From: Curvularia clavata
Taxonomy: Eukaryota
Direction: 5' to 3'
DNA: 64,000 bases
Assembly (NCBI GenBank): GCA_023920165.1
Contig: CP089275.1
Span: 3,100,001 to 3,164,000 of the forward strand
Under the pieces are notes generated by a model. It made no database searches and was not told the DNA's origin. It saw only the letters and a list, made by a program, of their open reading frames with translations. Positions 12,702 through 24,956 of this stretch are shown here, piece after piece (positions within the stretch are counted from its first letter, which is position 1; every line of letters starts with the position of its first letter). The translations under genes and the position numbers were made by a program.

Positions 12702-13459
12702 GCTTGTCGGGAGATGTGAGGGGCTTCCTCGTCGCAGCAGCCGTCACCTCGAACAAGGCGCCAGTCCTGATGTCAGATGTCGCGCCTGATCAAGATTCGA
12801 AGGGGGTCGTGGATGGCTTGGCGCCAACGCAGTGGCTGGCAGCAGCAATAGCAGCAGCAGTTAGGTGGGAGCAAAGTAAACAACGCGCGCACACAGCATG
12901 GTCCGGCAGGGCAACGGTCCGGCGACGCAGGCGGCGAGCACACGACAGAGGGGCGATAGGGCTAGACAGCAGGGCGGTGGTGTGTTGAGCGTTGGGACGC
13001 TGCCGAGGGGGGCCCGTTCCCAGGTGTTGGCGCGCTCCGGGAGATTGCTTGTTCGTCGATCGCTAGACAAACAAGAGCCGGCTCTGCGCGGCGCCCACCA
13101 ACGCCCGTCCAACGCACCGTGAGGTCATGGCAGCTTCACGCCTTGATAGCCTGCCAGCGTGCCAGCACAGCAAGCAACCAAGTAAGCTCAGCTCAGCTCA
13201 GCGCTGCGCTCCTGGTCTGGCCCCCGGTGTGCTGGCCGTCTGCACATCTTCTTGCCTCCCCTATCCACTGGCCCACTGCACAGCCCGCCTTGCACAGCCT
13301 CGGTTTGCGCCACACCATGTCTTGTTGTGTCGTCGTGCAGCCTTTTAACTGACGTCGCCTGCGCCTGCAGCAGCGCCATCTCGCGCTGACGCTTACATAA
13401 TATCTCTCCGCGCCAACTGCCTCCACCCCGCCGCAGCCTCAACCAAACCTTCCCGCACC

Positions 13460-14434
13460 ATGCGTCTCTTCCTGCTGCCCATCTCCACCCGCCGCTCCCT
13501 CATCTACTGCGAGAAGCTGCATGAGAAGGCCCCCAAGGACCGCTCCCTCTATGACAAGGTCACCATCAAGGCCAATGAGACGTGGGTAGCCTGGGAAAAG
13601 GATGACAAAGCCATCTGGGACTGGAAGAAGAAGGTGACCTTCTACGGCAACCAGGCATTGACCCGCATCCCCTACGAAGAATGGGGCCTCAAGACCATCC
13701 CCGCCCTCAGCGCCAAGCGCAAGCAGGACATCCTGGATGGCAAGGCCAAATATGAGGTTCTCTTCCCGGGAAAATACCTGCCCCAGGAACGCGTGCCCAG
13801 TCTGCTCGAGAAGCTGGCAAAGGAGAGACAGGGAATGCACCGGAGCAAGCTCATCTGGAGCATCATCGCCATGCCGTTTACCGCACCATTTATGCTGGTT
13901 CCCGTAGTTCCCAATTTGCCCTTTTTCTACGTCCTCTACAGGGCCTGGTCGCACTGGAAAGCCCTCGGTGGGGCAAAACACCTCGAGTTCCTCCTCAAGC
14001 ATAACCAACCCAAGCCCAATCCCTCATGGGCCCTGGACGAACTCTACACGGCTGGACTCATGTACCCTACCCGTGCCCTTTCTCGCGCCGCACCCCGCCC
14101 AACCCCGGAGCAGGCCGATAAAGTTGCCGCGGTAGTCCACCAGCAGACCAACAATGAGACAAAAGACGTCATGGTGCTGCAGCGCTGGAACGGCAAACTC
14201 ATTGCCGAGCAGTTCAACCTGCCAGACATGGAGGTTGAGATTGAGCGTGCAGTCAGCCAGGTAGAAAAGGCCATCAAGTCCAAGGAAGAGCGCATCGAGG
14301 AGAAGCTCGAGCAAGAGAAGGCAGCTGGCAGGAACGGCGCTAGAGCAAAGGATGTGCTTCCTCAAGAGATTCTTGAAACGATTCACGACAAAGCCGAACA
14401 TGTTGCCGAGGCGGACAAGGCGCCCAAGTCGTGA
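13460..14434 (+). CDS. Mitochondrial K+/H+ exchange-related protein (Mit_KHE1 / yeast YDL183C-like)
   Basis: N-terminus MRLFLLPISTRRSLIYC, then RIPYEEWGLKTIP and PFTAPFMLVPVVPNLPFFYVLYRAWSHWKALGG. Intronless 324 aa. Confidence 0.8.
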   Translation: MRLFLLPISTRRSLIYCEKLHEKAPKDRSLYDKVTIKANETWVAWEKDDKAIWDWKKKVTFYGNQALTRIPYEEWGLKTIPALSAKRKQDILDGKAKYEVLFPGKYLPQERVPSLLEKLAKERQGMHRSKLIWSIIAMPFTAPFMLVPVVPNLPFFYVLYRAWSHWKALGGAKHLEFLLKHNQPKPNPSWALDELYTAGLMYPTRALSRAAPRPTPEQADKVAAVVHQQTNNETKDVMVLQRWNGKLIAEQFNLPDMEVEIERAVSQVEKAIKSKEERIEEKLEQEKAAGRNGARAKDVLPQEILETIHDKAEHVAEADKAPKS

Positions 14435-14714
14435 ACATATGCGAACGAAAACATTACATGATTTCCATGAGATACCATATTCCACCGGGCGTTGGATGGC
14501 TTCATCTGTACTATACCATGCATAGAACGATCACCACCTCTGTACGATTAGATGGCTTACGAAGAAATACAAAAACGGCGTCACAAGCTTTCGTTTCTGA
14601 CACGACGCGAGAACGCATAATTAATCCAATGTCTTACAAAAAAATGCAGAAAATAGCCGGCATAAGGATCCGTTCCTGTGAAGGCGCAGTCTCGCCTGCT
14701 CATCTCCATCACCC

Positions 14715-15290
14715 TCACTGCTTCCCCCCACTTAACCGCTCCAACTTCTCCCGCTCCCAAACCGCCGGTCCATCCTCCCCATACAACGGATCCCTCTCCA
14801 CCCACTTCACCTTCCCCACCGCCTGCGCCTTGTCTTCCTCCCCCTCCTTCCCATAACACATATCCCAACTACACCCTTTCGGATAACTCCCCACCATCTC
14901 AAAGCCCCCCTCTACATCCTCCACCAACCGATGCCCCACGCCTGCCGGCACCAGCACAGCATCCCCTGCTGCAACCTCCGCTTCCACCTTGCCTGGATTC
15001 GACTCTCCCCCAAAGAGAAGCCGTGCGCGACCTAAGAAGATGCACAGGAACTCATGGGTTGTCGAGTGGTAATGCGTGGTCGAGTACATTGTGTAGCGCC
15101 ATTGGGGAGAGAGCCCGTTACTGGGGAGGTGGGCTTCGAGTGCTGAGGGGGGAGTCGAGGCTGGAAAGGCCGAGTGGTAGATTATGAGGGGGTGGCCGTG
15201 TGGTGTGGTGTTGGGAATGAGGGCGTGGGAAGGGATGAAGTAAGCGGTTAGGCGGAGGCTGGTGAGCGGTGTGAGGTTTATAGATGGCAT
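14715..15290 (-). CDS. Cupin-domain protein (YjlB-like)
   Basis: Cupin motif 1 (HYHSTTHE), motif 2 (AGDAVLVPAGVGH), VGSYP and C-terminal DPLYG. Confidence 0.85.
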   Translation of the reverse strand: MPSINLTPLTSLRLTAYFIPSHALIPNTTPHGHPLIIYHSAFPASTPPSALEAHLPSNGLSPQWRYTMYSTTHYHSTTHEFLCIFLGRARLLFGGESNPGKVEAEVAAGDAVLVPAGVGHRLVEDVEGGFEMVGSYPKGCSWDMCYGKEGEEDKAQAVGKVKWVERDPLYGEDGPAVWEREKLERLSGGKQ

Positions 15291-15714
15291 TGTTCTTGTT
15301 GTCGATTTCTTTTTTAATTAATCAGGGGATTTGAATTATATGTTTTGAGAATTGTTGTACAAATTAGGATGTTAGGATTGTGCTGTGATTGAGGCATGGA
15401 CCTTGTAGACAACATGCGTATATGATGGGGAGAATACGTCATCGGACAGGGTACAGGAGCTATGTGGGTAGAGGGCTACGCTGTCTTGAATTATGCCAAT
15501 CATGTCTTGCGTGTAAAAGGAGTAAACTTCTCCTGACACATTTGTACATCATGTTGTGTTGCAGAAATACAATGAAAAGCATTTTTGTGCAAGACGAAGC
15601 AATAATACTTGGGTGCTTTGTAAGTACGGGATGAAAGGACCTCTCTGAACTAATCCGTCATTGCTGTGCTTCTACATTAATCCCTACTAAAAGCCCCATG
15701 CTTCTACTCCATAC

Positions 15715-16641
15715 TCACTTCCCATCTCCCTTCGTAGCCCTCGCCCAAAACAACTGCATCTTCCCGGCCCTCGCCCCAGGAACATCGCTCAACTTGTCCG
15801 CCAATTTCCACCTGACCTCCGTACAACCCGCATTATCAAACAGCTCTGTAATCTGCTCCTCGGTAAAGCTATCATGCGTGATAGTGTGGCTTGCAGGATG
15901 GGGCTTCCACGGCTGTTGAGGATCAATAAACTGATGGTGCTGTTTCTGATGGTCATGACCATGTCCCATGCCACTCTCCTGCTCGTTCTTGGCCAAAACA
16001 TTCTTATTCTTTACATTCCCCAGAAACTCCCTCTGTGCCGCTGTAGCCCCATTAATCTGAGCCCAGTCAATAATCAAAAGTGTTCCGCCTGGCCGCAATC
16101 TCTCCGCTAGCTTGGAGATTGCAAGCTGGATATCTTGCATGTGGTGTAGAGCCATGCAAATAGCCACCAAATCGAAGTTTTGCAAGCGGTCCTCTGGGAG
16201 TGGTGGATCAGTAGGTTCAAGCGGCTCTGCGAAGAGGTCTCCGCGCACGCCCATCATCTCGTCGGGGCCCAGTCCGAGACGAGCCGCCGTCGCGTTGTAC
16301 TTGGCTAGCATGCCAGCGGAAACATCGATGCCGATGCAGGATTTGAAATGGGGCTTGAGAGTGCGGGAGGGGAGTCCGTCGCCACATGCATAATCCAGCA
16401 TCTTTTCCTGAGTCGAGTTGTTTGCTGGGAGGCCGAGCCAGGCAGAGGAACTGGGGTCGGCGAGGAAGGTTCCTATCTGCTCTTGGAGGTCGTTGACCCA
16501 TTGGGCGCGATGGCAGTCTTCAGAAGCGATGCTATATGAGAGATTGTTTTAGCAGAGAAATTGGTGAGGGAGATGCCATGTAGAAACTTACTCCCAGTAC
16601 TTCCGATTGACCTGGGCCAATGTTTCGGTTGAGGTAGACAT
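15715..16641 (-). CDS. Class I SAM-dependent methyltransferase (intron 16532-16591)
   Basis: Motif I MLDYACGDG, GIDVSAGM, FDLVAICMALHH and LRPGGTLLIID. Exon 1 MSTSTETLAQVNRKYWD joins in frame through a GTAAGT...TAG intron. Confidence 0.88.
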
Positions 16642-18178
16642 TTTGTGGTTGATGTTGATAATGTTGCTACGCCACAAATATGCGATATAGAGTATCAAAA
16701 CCGCGAAGAAAAGCATGCGATATTTGCTGATTTCTGTAGAAGGCAGACAGATAACATCCCGCTACTTATATACATGTTAGCCTACGGAGCGATCCGCAGA
16801 CAATTGGACCCTGGCTGTGAGCTCTGAGACTTTCCGGAGACATTATGTATCCGGCATGCGGAGACTTTGCGGAGGAAGAAGCAAACGAACTGTGTCTACC
16901 GGAGACTTGGGCGATCAGGCAACCTTTGCCAAGATCATGTTGGACGCCACACAACTTGCAATGGTTTGTGGTGGAAATGTGGGGAAGACGTTTGGAGAGG
17001 GTGTGCATATGGTTCATATCTTGTTGCTGAGCAATGCAGCCGTATTAACAAATCCAACGGCAGAGATGCAGTGCTTAGTATAGAACCTGCCCAGGCAACA
17101 TGTGAGAACCAATAGTCTCGAGGATCAATGTTGGAATCTTGTCTCTATTACGAGCTTCTCTTCCTCAGACCAAGAAGTGTAAAGGTTGTCTTATATAACG
17201 TGGAAGTGAATGTTTATGACTTAAGAACAGTCTGTGCTTGTATATTTTGTCTTACTCGCATTTCGAAGATTACTGTGACTTTTATGGCCTCAATTTACAC
17301 ATAACATCTTATCAGCAGAGTCAAATGTAGCATACTCATGAGGCGGTGCTTGTAACAGTCACGTGATCTGTTCAATGGTTAGCACAAGTGCCTAACGTCA
17401 TTTGCCACTCGTACGAGCCGCTTCATCGCGCCGAGGGTCAGGGTTCTTCCAGAGTGTGAATCGGAGTTCAGGCGCATAGTCATAACTGTGGAGTACAGCG
17501 TAGTGCAGCCTTGGACAGCGGCGTCGACGAGGCTCTTACTTAGGCTGCAGTGACAGTGAAAGGGCAGAAATTTGGTGGGCTGCGTTTGTCAGCCGACCAC
17601 ATTGTCCAACACAACTCCCTTCAGACCACCCTGCATATGCGCGACTGAGCGTGAAACAGAATTGTTGTACACCAACGGTGCGCCCAGTTGGGATTCTGGC
17701 GCCATTGTACTGAGTGAAGGCTAGTGTAAGGCTACGTGATGAGACCCTGGTGGACGCCAAGCCTCTGAGCTAGCTCGCGGTGCTGCCTGAACAGCTCAAC
17801 CACGCCGAAGTGGCTGTCTAAACGTCGTCGCCTCTCTTTCTTCTGGCACTTTTGTTTCCCACCCTTTCTTCTCCCTACAATTTGGGTCGACGGAGTTCCC
17901 TGCATACAATCAAAGAACGAAACTTAGCGCTCGGTGACTTTGGTCCTTCCCCACCAGCCGTCTCTCACTCCCCTCCCCTCCGTCATCTCCACGCGGAGCT
18001 GCCTTTTACAACGCAACCGCTGTCACGACACCAAAAGCGTCGAGCCTTTCCGCGCCTGTAATTCTCGCTTCATAATACGCTTGCCTGCGAAACACCGATC
18101 CCGGTTGTCAAGAAGCTCCATACGCGCAACAAGTCGCCTCCAAATAGTGCCTCTGAGCACGCGACGTTACACTCCGAC

Positions 18179-20797
18179 ATGGCTTCTTCTATGCCACCCG
18201 TCCCTGCAAAGGACGATGTTAACGCCACGTATGTAGACCTCGCTTCCCTGATCCCTAACCGGTATCTTTTCTACACACCTTCGCACAACGCTGCGGTGGA
18301 GATGTAGCTTGTGGCAAGACCGCTCATGACTGGCTTGGCTTCATGGCGTCTGAGCCTCAGACTATACACCCCACCTTCGTGAGAGCGGACTGGAGATGGA
18401 TTTGGAAGGATCGGCTATTCTCCTGCTACCCCAACATTTACGTCATAGGTGTATGAAGGTTATTTGCTAACGATTCATAGATGGAAGTACCTCGAGGCCG
18501 GCGTCGACAAAATTATGACCAATCTGCGCGAAGGCGTCGATATGAAGACATACATGGGCCTCTATACCGCAATCCACAACTTCTGTACCGCCCAGAAAGC
18601 CGTGGTGGGTACGTCGTTCAACGCCGCTAACAACCGCGGAGGCGCCCATCTGCTTGGCGAAGACCTCTACCAGCACCTCATTGAATACCTCAAGGCCCAC
18701 CTTGCACAAGTACAGGCGGCATCACGGCAGCATGTTGACGAAGCCCTCCTTCATTTTTACATCAAGGAATGGAATCGGTACACGACCGCCGGCCAATACA
18801 ACAACCATCTGTTCCGGTATCTGAACCGCCATTGGGTCAAGCGAGAGATGGACGAAGGCAAGAAGAACATCTACGACATCTACACACTGCATCTGGTGCG
18901 CTGGAAGGAAGACATGTTCACCGGCAGCCAAGAGAGCGTCATGCGGTCAGTGCTGAAACTCGTTGAGAAGCAGCGAAACGGCGAGACTATAGAACAGTCC
19001 CAAATCAAGTCGGTGGTGGATTCATTCGTTTCATTGGGTCTGGATGAGGCGGACAGTTCCAAGTCGACGCTGGACGTTTACAAGGAGTATTTTGAGAAGC
19101 CCTTCCTACAGGCCACGGCGGAATACTATGACAACGAGTCGAAACAGTTCCTTGCCGAGAACAGTGTGGTAGAATACATGAAAAAAGCAGAGATCCGCCT
19201 GGAAGAAGAGAAGGAGCGCGTTCCTTTGTACCTGCTCAACGAGATAATGTCTCCACTGATGAGAACCTGTGAACAGTCGCTCATCACTAACCATTCGCAA
19301 GCGCTTCGCGAAGAGTTTCAGATTCTCCTCGACCACGACAAGGAAGAGGACCTCGGTCGCATGTATAAGCTACTTGCCCGCATTCCTGAAGGCCTTGATC
19401 CTCTGCGTCTTCGCTTCGAAAACCACGTCCGCAAGGCTGGTTTGGCTGCCGTTGACAAGATTGCACAGGACGGAGAGAATATCGAGCCCAAGGTCTATGT
19501 AGAGGCACTTCTTGAAGTCCATACGCAATACCAGGCGCTCGTGAACAAGGCTTTCAACGGCGAGTCGGAATTTGTTCGATCGCTCGACAACGCTTGCCGT
19601 GAGTTTGTCAACCGAAACAAGATTTGCAAGTCGGGCTCCAACAAGTCACCTGAGCTGCTTGCAAAGTACACCGATGCCCTGCTAAAGCGCTCCAACACAA
19701 AGATGAGCGAAGAGGACGACATGGAGAAGCTCCTCACACAGATCATGACTGTCTTCAAGTACATTGAGGATAAGGATGTGTTCCAGAAGTTCTATTCGCG
19801 CATGTTGGCCAAGCGTCTGGTTCAGACCACATCTGCCTCGGACGATGCCGAGACCAGCATGATTTCCAAGTTGAAGGAGGCATGTGGTTTCGAATACACG
19901 AACAAGCTCCAGCGCATGTTCCAAGATATGCAGATCTCCAAGGATCTCAATACCGCTTTCAAAGAATGGCAGGCTAATAACCTGGATGAGGCGGATATTA
20001 AGACCAACGTAGACGCATCTTACCACATCTTGGGTACCGGTTTCTGGCCGCTGAACCCACCTACCACTCCATTTACTCCTCCACAACTCATTGTTCAGAC
20101 CTACGACCGTTTCTCTCGCTTCTACAACCACAAGCACCAGGGCCGTAAGCTGACTTGGTTATGGCAGCTGTGCAAGGGTGAGGTCAAAGCCAACTACTGC
20201 AAGGTCGCGAACCTGAAGACTTCGCCAACATTCCAGGTCTCGACATACCAAATGGCCATTATGCTGCTTTTCAATGACAGCGACACCGTTACATATGATG
20301 AAATTGCCGAGGCTACCAAACTGAACAAAGAGACCCTCGACCCCAGCTTAGGCGTATTCATCAAGGCTAAGGTTCTCCTCACTCAGCCTGAGAATGCCAA
20401 GCACGAGTCTGGTACTGTCTACAAGCTCAACACCGGCTTCAAGACCAAGAAGGTCAAGATGAACCTGAACATTGGTATCAAGTCTGAGCAGAAGGCCGAA
20501 GCGGAGGATACGCACAAGACAATCGAGGAGGACCGCAAGCTGCTTATCCAGGTATGTACTCTCTGTGTAGCATTCTGTCGATTGATCAATATGCTAACGT
20601 TACGACAGTCTGCCATTGTGCGTATCATGAAATCGAGAAAGAAGATGAAGCACCAGCAGCTTGTCTCCGAAACGATCCAGCAAATCAAGAACCGGTTTCA
20701 ACCCCGTGTTCCTGATATCAAGAAGTGCATAGATATTCTTCTGGAGAAGGAGTATCTGGAACGTCTGGAAGGAGATGAGCTCGGTTACCTTGCGTAA
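18179..20797 (+). CDS. CUL1: Cullin-1, SCF ubiquitin ligase scaffold (introns 18229-18480, 20552-20608)
   Basis: Cullin repeats, YLNRHWVKRE, KDVFQKFYSRMLAKRL, the neddylation motif IVRIMKSRK and C-terminal IDILLEKEYLER. Confidence 0.97.
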
Positions 20798-21299
20798 GCG
20801 GTTTCCTGGGGGCTTGAATGAAGCAGGACAGGTGCCTTGGGCAACGAGTTATGGGTTCCCTTTATATGGGTTGGGCATTCATCAACATCAATGCTTTCTT
20901 CATGATGTATATCACTTTGGCGTTTTTCTTTGTATTAAGGCAAGCGGCGATGGGTGTCGGTTTTTGCCTACTGGGGCAAAAAGGCGTAGGTCTGACCCAC
21001 GGCTATGGTCATCATTGTTTACGCCTATTCAGCGTGTTCCAGGTAATTCCTTCGCTGTGAAAGATAGATGTGTAAAAACCCTCAGGTATGAATTTAAAGA
21101 TGAATGATCATGGTATCGATATGCGAATAACGAGAAACAACAGCATCCCCTGGTGTAGCTTTATTAGGTCTGCCATGTAACACTATCAATCATTCTGTCC
21201 GCGGATTTTGCGTGCTCAAAAGAGAAAACACATTAAAGCAGAACAAAAAAGATATATTTACAAGGAAGAGCAATCTAATGTATTGATCCAAACATTGCG

Positions 21300-23210
21300 C
21301 TACGCTGCCTTCTTATTCCTGGACGGCCATGCATCCACCAGCCCCTCATACACTGTTACATTACCTAAATGCACATCCCCACCCTCCACAAAGAACGCGA
21401 TATCCCTGCTATCAGTATACCAAGGCCTGACCCACGTGCTCAGCGCAAAGCGGTCGTTGGCATGCACTTCGACGACACCACCGTCAACCACGATTGTCAG
21501 ATTGAGCGTCTCAACCTGCGTCCCGTTGCCGCTCGGGCTAGGGATGTCGAACAGGCGGAACAGACCCGATTCGTCGTACGTGGGGAGTCCGGACGTGGTG
21601 CTTGCTGCAGCGGAGGAGTTGGCACGCTCGACGACCATGTGCTCTCGGGATATGTCGTAGAGTACGCGGGTGGTCTCGTGGGCACCGGAGAGGATAGTGA
21701 AGCCTGATTTCATGCTCTTAGAGCGGGAGGGGAAAGTGATGGAGGCAGTGAGCATGTAGTGGTTTGATTTGGGTGTTTGAGGTAGTTTTTGCTTGGTCCC
21801 GCTTGCTCGGGTGCCACTGGGAAGAGTGATGGTGTTGGTAGCTTGGTTTTGGAAGGCAGAGATGACTTCTCGGGCAATCTTTTGGCACATGGTGGTGAGG
21901 CGAACGGTGTTGCCTTGACTGTTGCTAGACTTCTCGGATTGCTCGATTCTCCATGCGCCCTTTTCGCGGGAGAGTGCATTGTCGATGACGTCGAGGTGGC
22001 AGCGGGTGAGTTCACGAGGGAGCAGAAGCGAACCGGTCCAGTTCTGCTGCGCAGTGATAGGGAAATTAGGGCTTCCGTACAAGTCACCTGTGAGCCAAAG
22101 ATATGAAATTGCCCGATCGGGGGCACCGCTCGCCCAGCTGGCCTGTGAATCTGCAGGTACAAGTTTGCCCGCAGCAGCATAGGCGGAGCGCCCTGCATCC
22201 ATTCTGCCTGCCATGGTAGGCTCAAATTTCAACTTGCCGTCGACGATGGATTGCTTGCCAGCAACCCAGAGCATATCCCTCTCTTCAGAGACTTGGGGCA
22301 CGATAGGCGCACGGCTCCATTCTGCGCCTATAGTAAGGAATGTCTCGCCCTCAGTGTTGGCGCCGCGTTCATCCAGGGAGAAGACGTTGGCGACTTCAAA
22401 GTTGTAGCCCCAGCGACCAGCCCAACCTTCTTCAGTCCAAGTTGAATTGGCGGGTTCATTCCACCACTCACCTAGGTATTCCCAGGTCTGAAACTCGTCT
22501 TCATCTTTTTCGTACTGCGCGTATAGAAACATAGTGGGGCCGACACCGTGGACCCCGCCTGAGATGACAGTGTACCATGTGTCTTTCTTCTTTCCAAGCA
22601 AAGCATCTACCTGCGGGCTTTGAAACACGTATGGGTCCCGGAAAGCTGTCACATTGACAGCAAAAGGTGGGCTAGGGATCACGGGGCCAAATCTAGCTTT
22701 CTCGAATTTTCTCCCTCCATCTCTTGCATAGGCTAGTGATTGCGTTTCAGCACCCTTTGGGTATCGAATAGTCCAGTGGATGGGTAGATAGCTGACGCTT
22801 GTGTAAAGAAGGGTAGGTGTGCCGTTGACGCCTTTTTCGATAACGCTGCCATCGAAGACTGCGACTGGATCGTTGATCCCACCAGCCCGAATGAAAGGGG
22901 CGGAGTCGGGATTCAAGTCCTTGTAGGTGACCAGGTCCTTGGTGGTAGCGCCTGATGCGCCCAGATGAAGGTATCCTACGTGGAAAAGGCCTGTCTCGGG
23001 ATCGGTGTAGAGCATACAGGGGTCACCAATTTGGCCAGAAGCAGGGAGGACGTGTGCTTTAGGCCGCCATGTGTAGAAAAGAGAGTTGTTGGCCAGAGTG
23101 GAGAGATTCGGTGGAGCAGCATTGTGGTCGATGGCGTTTTGACGAGGCAGGATCCAACTTGTCGCTAGTGTTGCCAAAGGCACCACCAAGACGGGTGACG
23201 AGAGCTTCAT
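21300..23210 (-). CDS. Secreted GH32 beta-fructofuranosidase/fructosyltransferase
   Basis: Signal-peptide-like MKLSSPVLVVPLATLATS, nucleophile motif GQIGDPC, FDGS, FRDP, acid/base NFEV and a C-terminal beta-sandwich (VVEVHANDR). Intronless. Confidence 0.92.
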   Translation of the reverse strand: MKLSSPVLVVPLATLATSWILPRQNAIDHNAAPPNLSTLANNSLFYTWRPKAHVLPASGQIGDPCMLYTDPETGLFHVGYLHLGASGATTKDLVTYKDLNPDSAPFIRAGGINDPVAVFDGSVIEKGVNGTPTLLYTSVSYLPIHWTIRYPKGAETQSLAYARDGGRKFEKARFGPVIPSPPFAVNVTAFRDPYVFQSPQVDALLGKKKDTWYTVISGGVHGVGPTMFLYAQYEKDEDEFQTWEYLGEWWNEPANSTWTEEGWAGRWGYNFEVANVFSLDERGANTEGETFLTIGAEWSRAPIVPQVSEERDMLWVAGKQSIVDGKLKFEPTMAGRMDAGRSAYAAAGKLVPADSQASWASGAPDRAISYLWLTGDLYGSPNFPITAQQNWTGSLLLPRELTRCHLDVIDNALSREKGAWRIEQSEKSSNSQGNTVRLTTMCQKIAREVISAFQNQATNTITLPSGTRASGTKQKLPQTPKSNHYMLTASITFPSRSKSMKSGFTILSGAHETTRVLYDISREHMVVERANSSAAASTTSGLPTYDESGLFRLFDIPSPSGNGTQVETLNLTIVVDGGVVEVHANDRFALSTWVRPWYTDSRDIAFFVEGGDVHLGNVTVYEGLVDAWPSRNKKAA

Positions 23211-24956
23211 GGCTGCAGTAGGTTCATACAGCGAAGATGCCTCCAAGTAGCAATACCGGCTGCAATGGCATTCTTATTTGCCTTGAAAAAACCCATGCTT
23301 TACCCAAAGTAGAACGGTCTTGGCTCGATGACGACAGTAGGAACCGCGAGATGATGCTGCGTAGGTATTTCCCCACAAAAGGTCCGGAAGATCAAGGCAT
23401 CATTGGTTGTATAGTTGGCCGACCTACCGAACGAGTAATGCTGGTGCCTCTCGGACCGGGTGTCGATCATGTATTTGCGGATACATTGCTTATTGTGTCG
23501 TGTTGAACCGGACATCTCAATTGAACTTGTTTGCTTGGCTATTTGGGTTATGTGAGTAAGACCGCGCCAGTGTATCAGAATATCCTCTCGCCATATGCGC
23601 GCACTACAGTGTCAACATATTTCTGCCTTTTGTTGCAACAATACTTTTGAATAGAATTTCCTTATTTGCTCAATTGAATAATCAAGAGACATGCGAATTC
23701 CTCACAACTGCTTGGCAAACTCAGAGACGATGAGTGCTGCATTGTGAGAGGCAGCAGTTCTGCTTTTTCGTATGCCTCAGAAATGCGAGAAATGGTGCGC
23801 CAAGTCTGTTTCGACGGCGAATTTATCGGGTAGAAGCATGACACGATTTGTTTATGTTCGGGAAGACTAAAGGCAAGGGTGCATCGTATGCTGTAAGCAG
23901 AAGTAAGTCACGTGTCCACATGTATCCAAAATGACCGCCTTGTAAGGATGTCCAGAAGAAGTCGTATAGCTCACTCAGCCCCACAATTTTCTGCGATTGT
24001 TTGCCTTCGTACTTTTCGACGGCTATACCAGCTTTGTATAAACAATACCAAGCAGCCTCAACATGGAGGCGTCACCTGTTCCGGAGTTGTGTTCCTAACT
24101 TCTCAACACCATCTGAATAGGTATCGTGGCAAAACACACATTAGGGGCCCAAGGGGCCTATCCCTGGAACGTCAGCAGAGACAAAGGCTATAGTAGATTT
24201 GCCAAAGTCAGTTATGGTTCGAGTGGTCATTGCTTAGATTTTGTGAAAAACTAAAAGAACAACCAAATATGCGACGAAGGACTAGAGTGACGGACAGTAG
24301 TATGCCGTGTCATAAGAATGGGAAGCTTCTAAGCGGTACAAGAATAGGTTAGGTCGATAACCACAAGCGAAAGAATTTTTGGTCGCCGACAGCTCTTGAC
24401 AAATCCCTGAAAGACAAGTTGGGTTGATGCAAACGGTTCCAAGGTACTATGATGAGGCTATCGTAGAACGCCGAAGTGTGGCGCCCCAATTAGCTATGCA
24501 ATGATTGGTGAATGGCTGTGCTAGGCAGGCAACCTGCCACATTACGTCAGCTGTACCGCGCGTGCTTCCTTCTGGCTAGCACTCCCGCGATTCCAGAACG
24601 CGTGCATTCGCGATGAAACGTACCGCAGTTCGCCCTGACCTCGGTTCAGCATGGGGTATTTCATATCTACTCTATAAGCAGTAATTTCTCGCCTTGCAAG
24701 CCGTCTTCTTCAGTTGCCGTAGGCATCGCAACCCTGTGGCCCAGCCTTGACATTGTGCCCGCACCGCTCACTCTACGTCCCCCTCGGCGCACATCGAGAC
24801 AATCGCTTGGAGCACGCCCTTTCACAGTGGCAAGGAATCCAGCCCAGAAGACTCATCCGTTCATATAATCCTCGCAGTTTCAATATCTCTCCTACTCTAC
24901 GCTCAACCCAACATTCGTCCAAGTACACCCAACCTCTACTCGTCCCCAGGATCCAA

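Noticed and set aside
9743..16641. SDR, cupin and methyltransferase as a secondary-metabolite cluster
   Set aside because: There is no PKS/NRPS/terpene backbone, transporter or cluster regulator, and the genes are interleaved with housekeeping genes.
5975..20797. F-box gene and cullin-1 as a linked SCF module
   Set aside because: They are 11 kb apart with six unrelated genes between them. F-box genes are numerous in fungi, so proximity is expected by chance.
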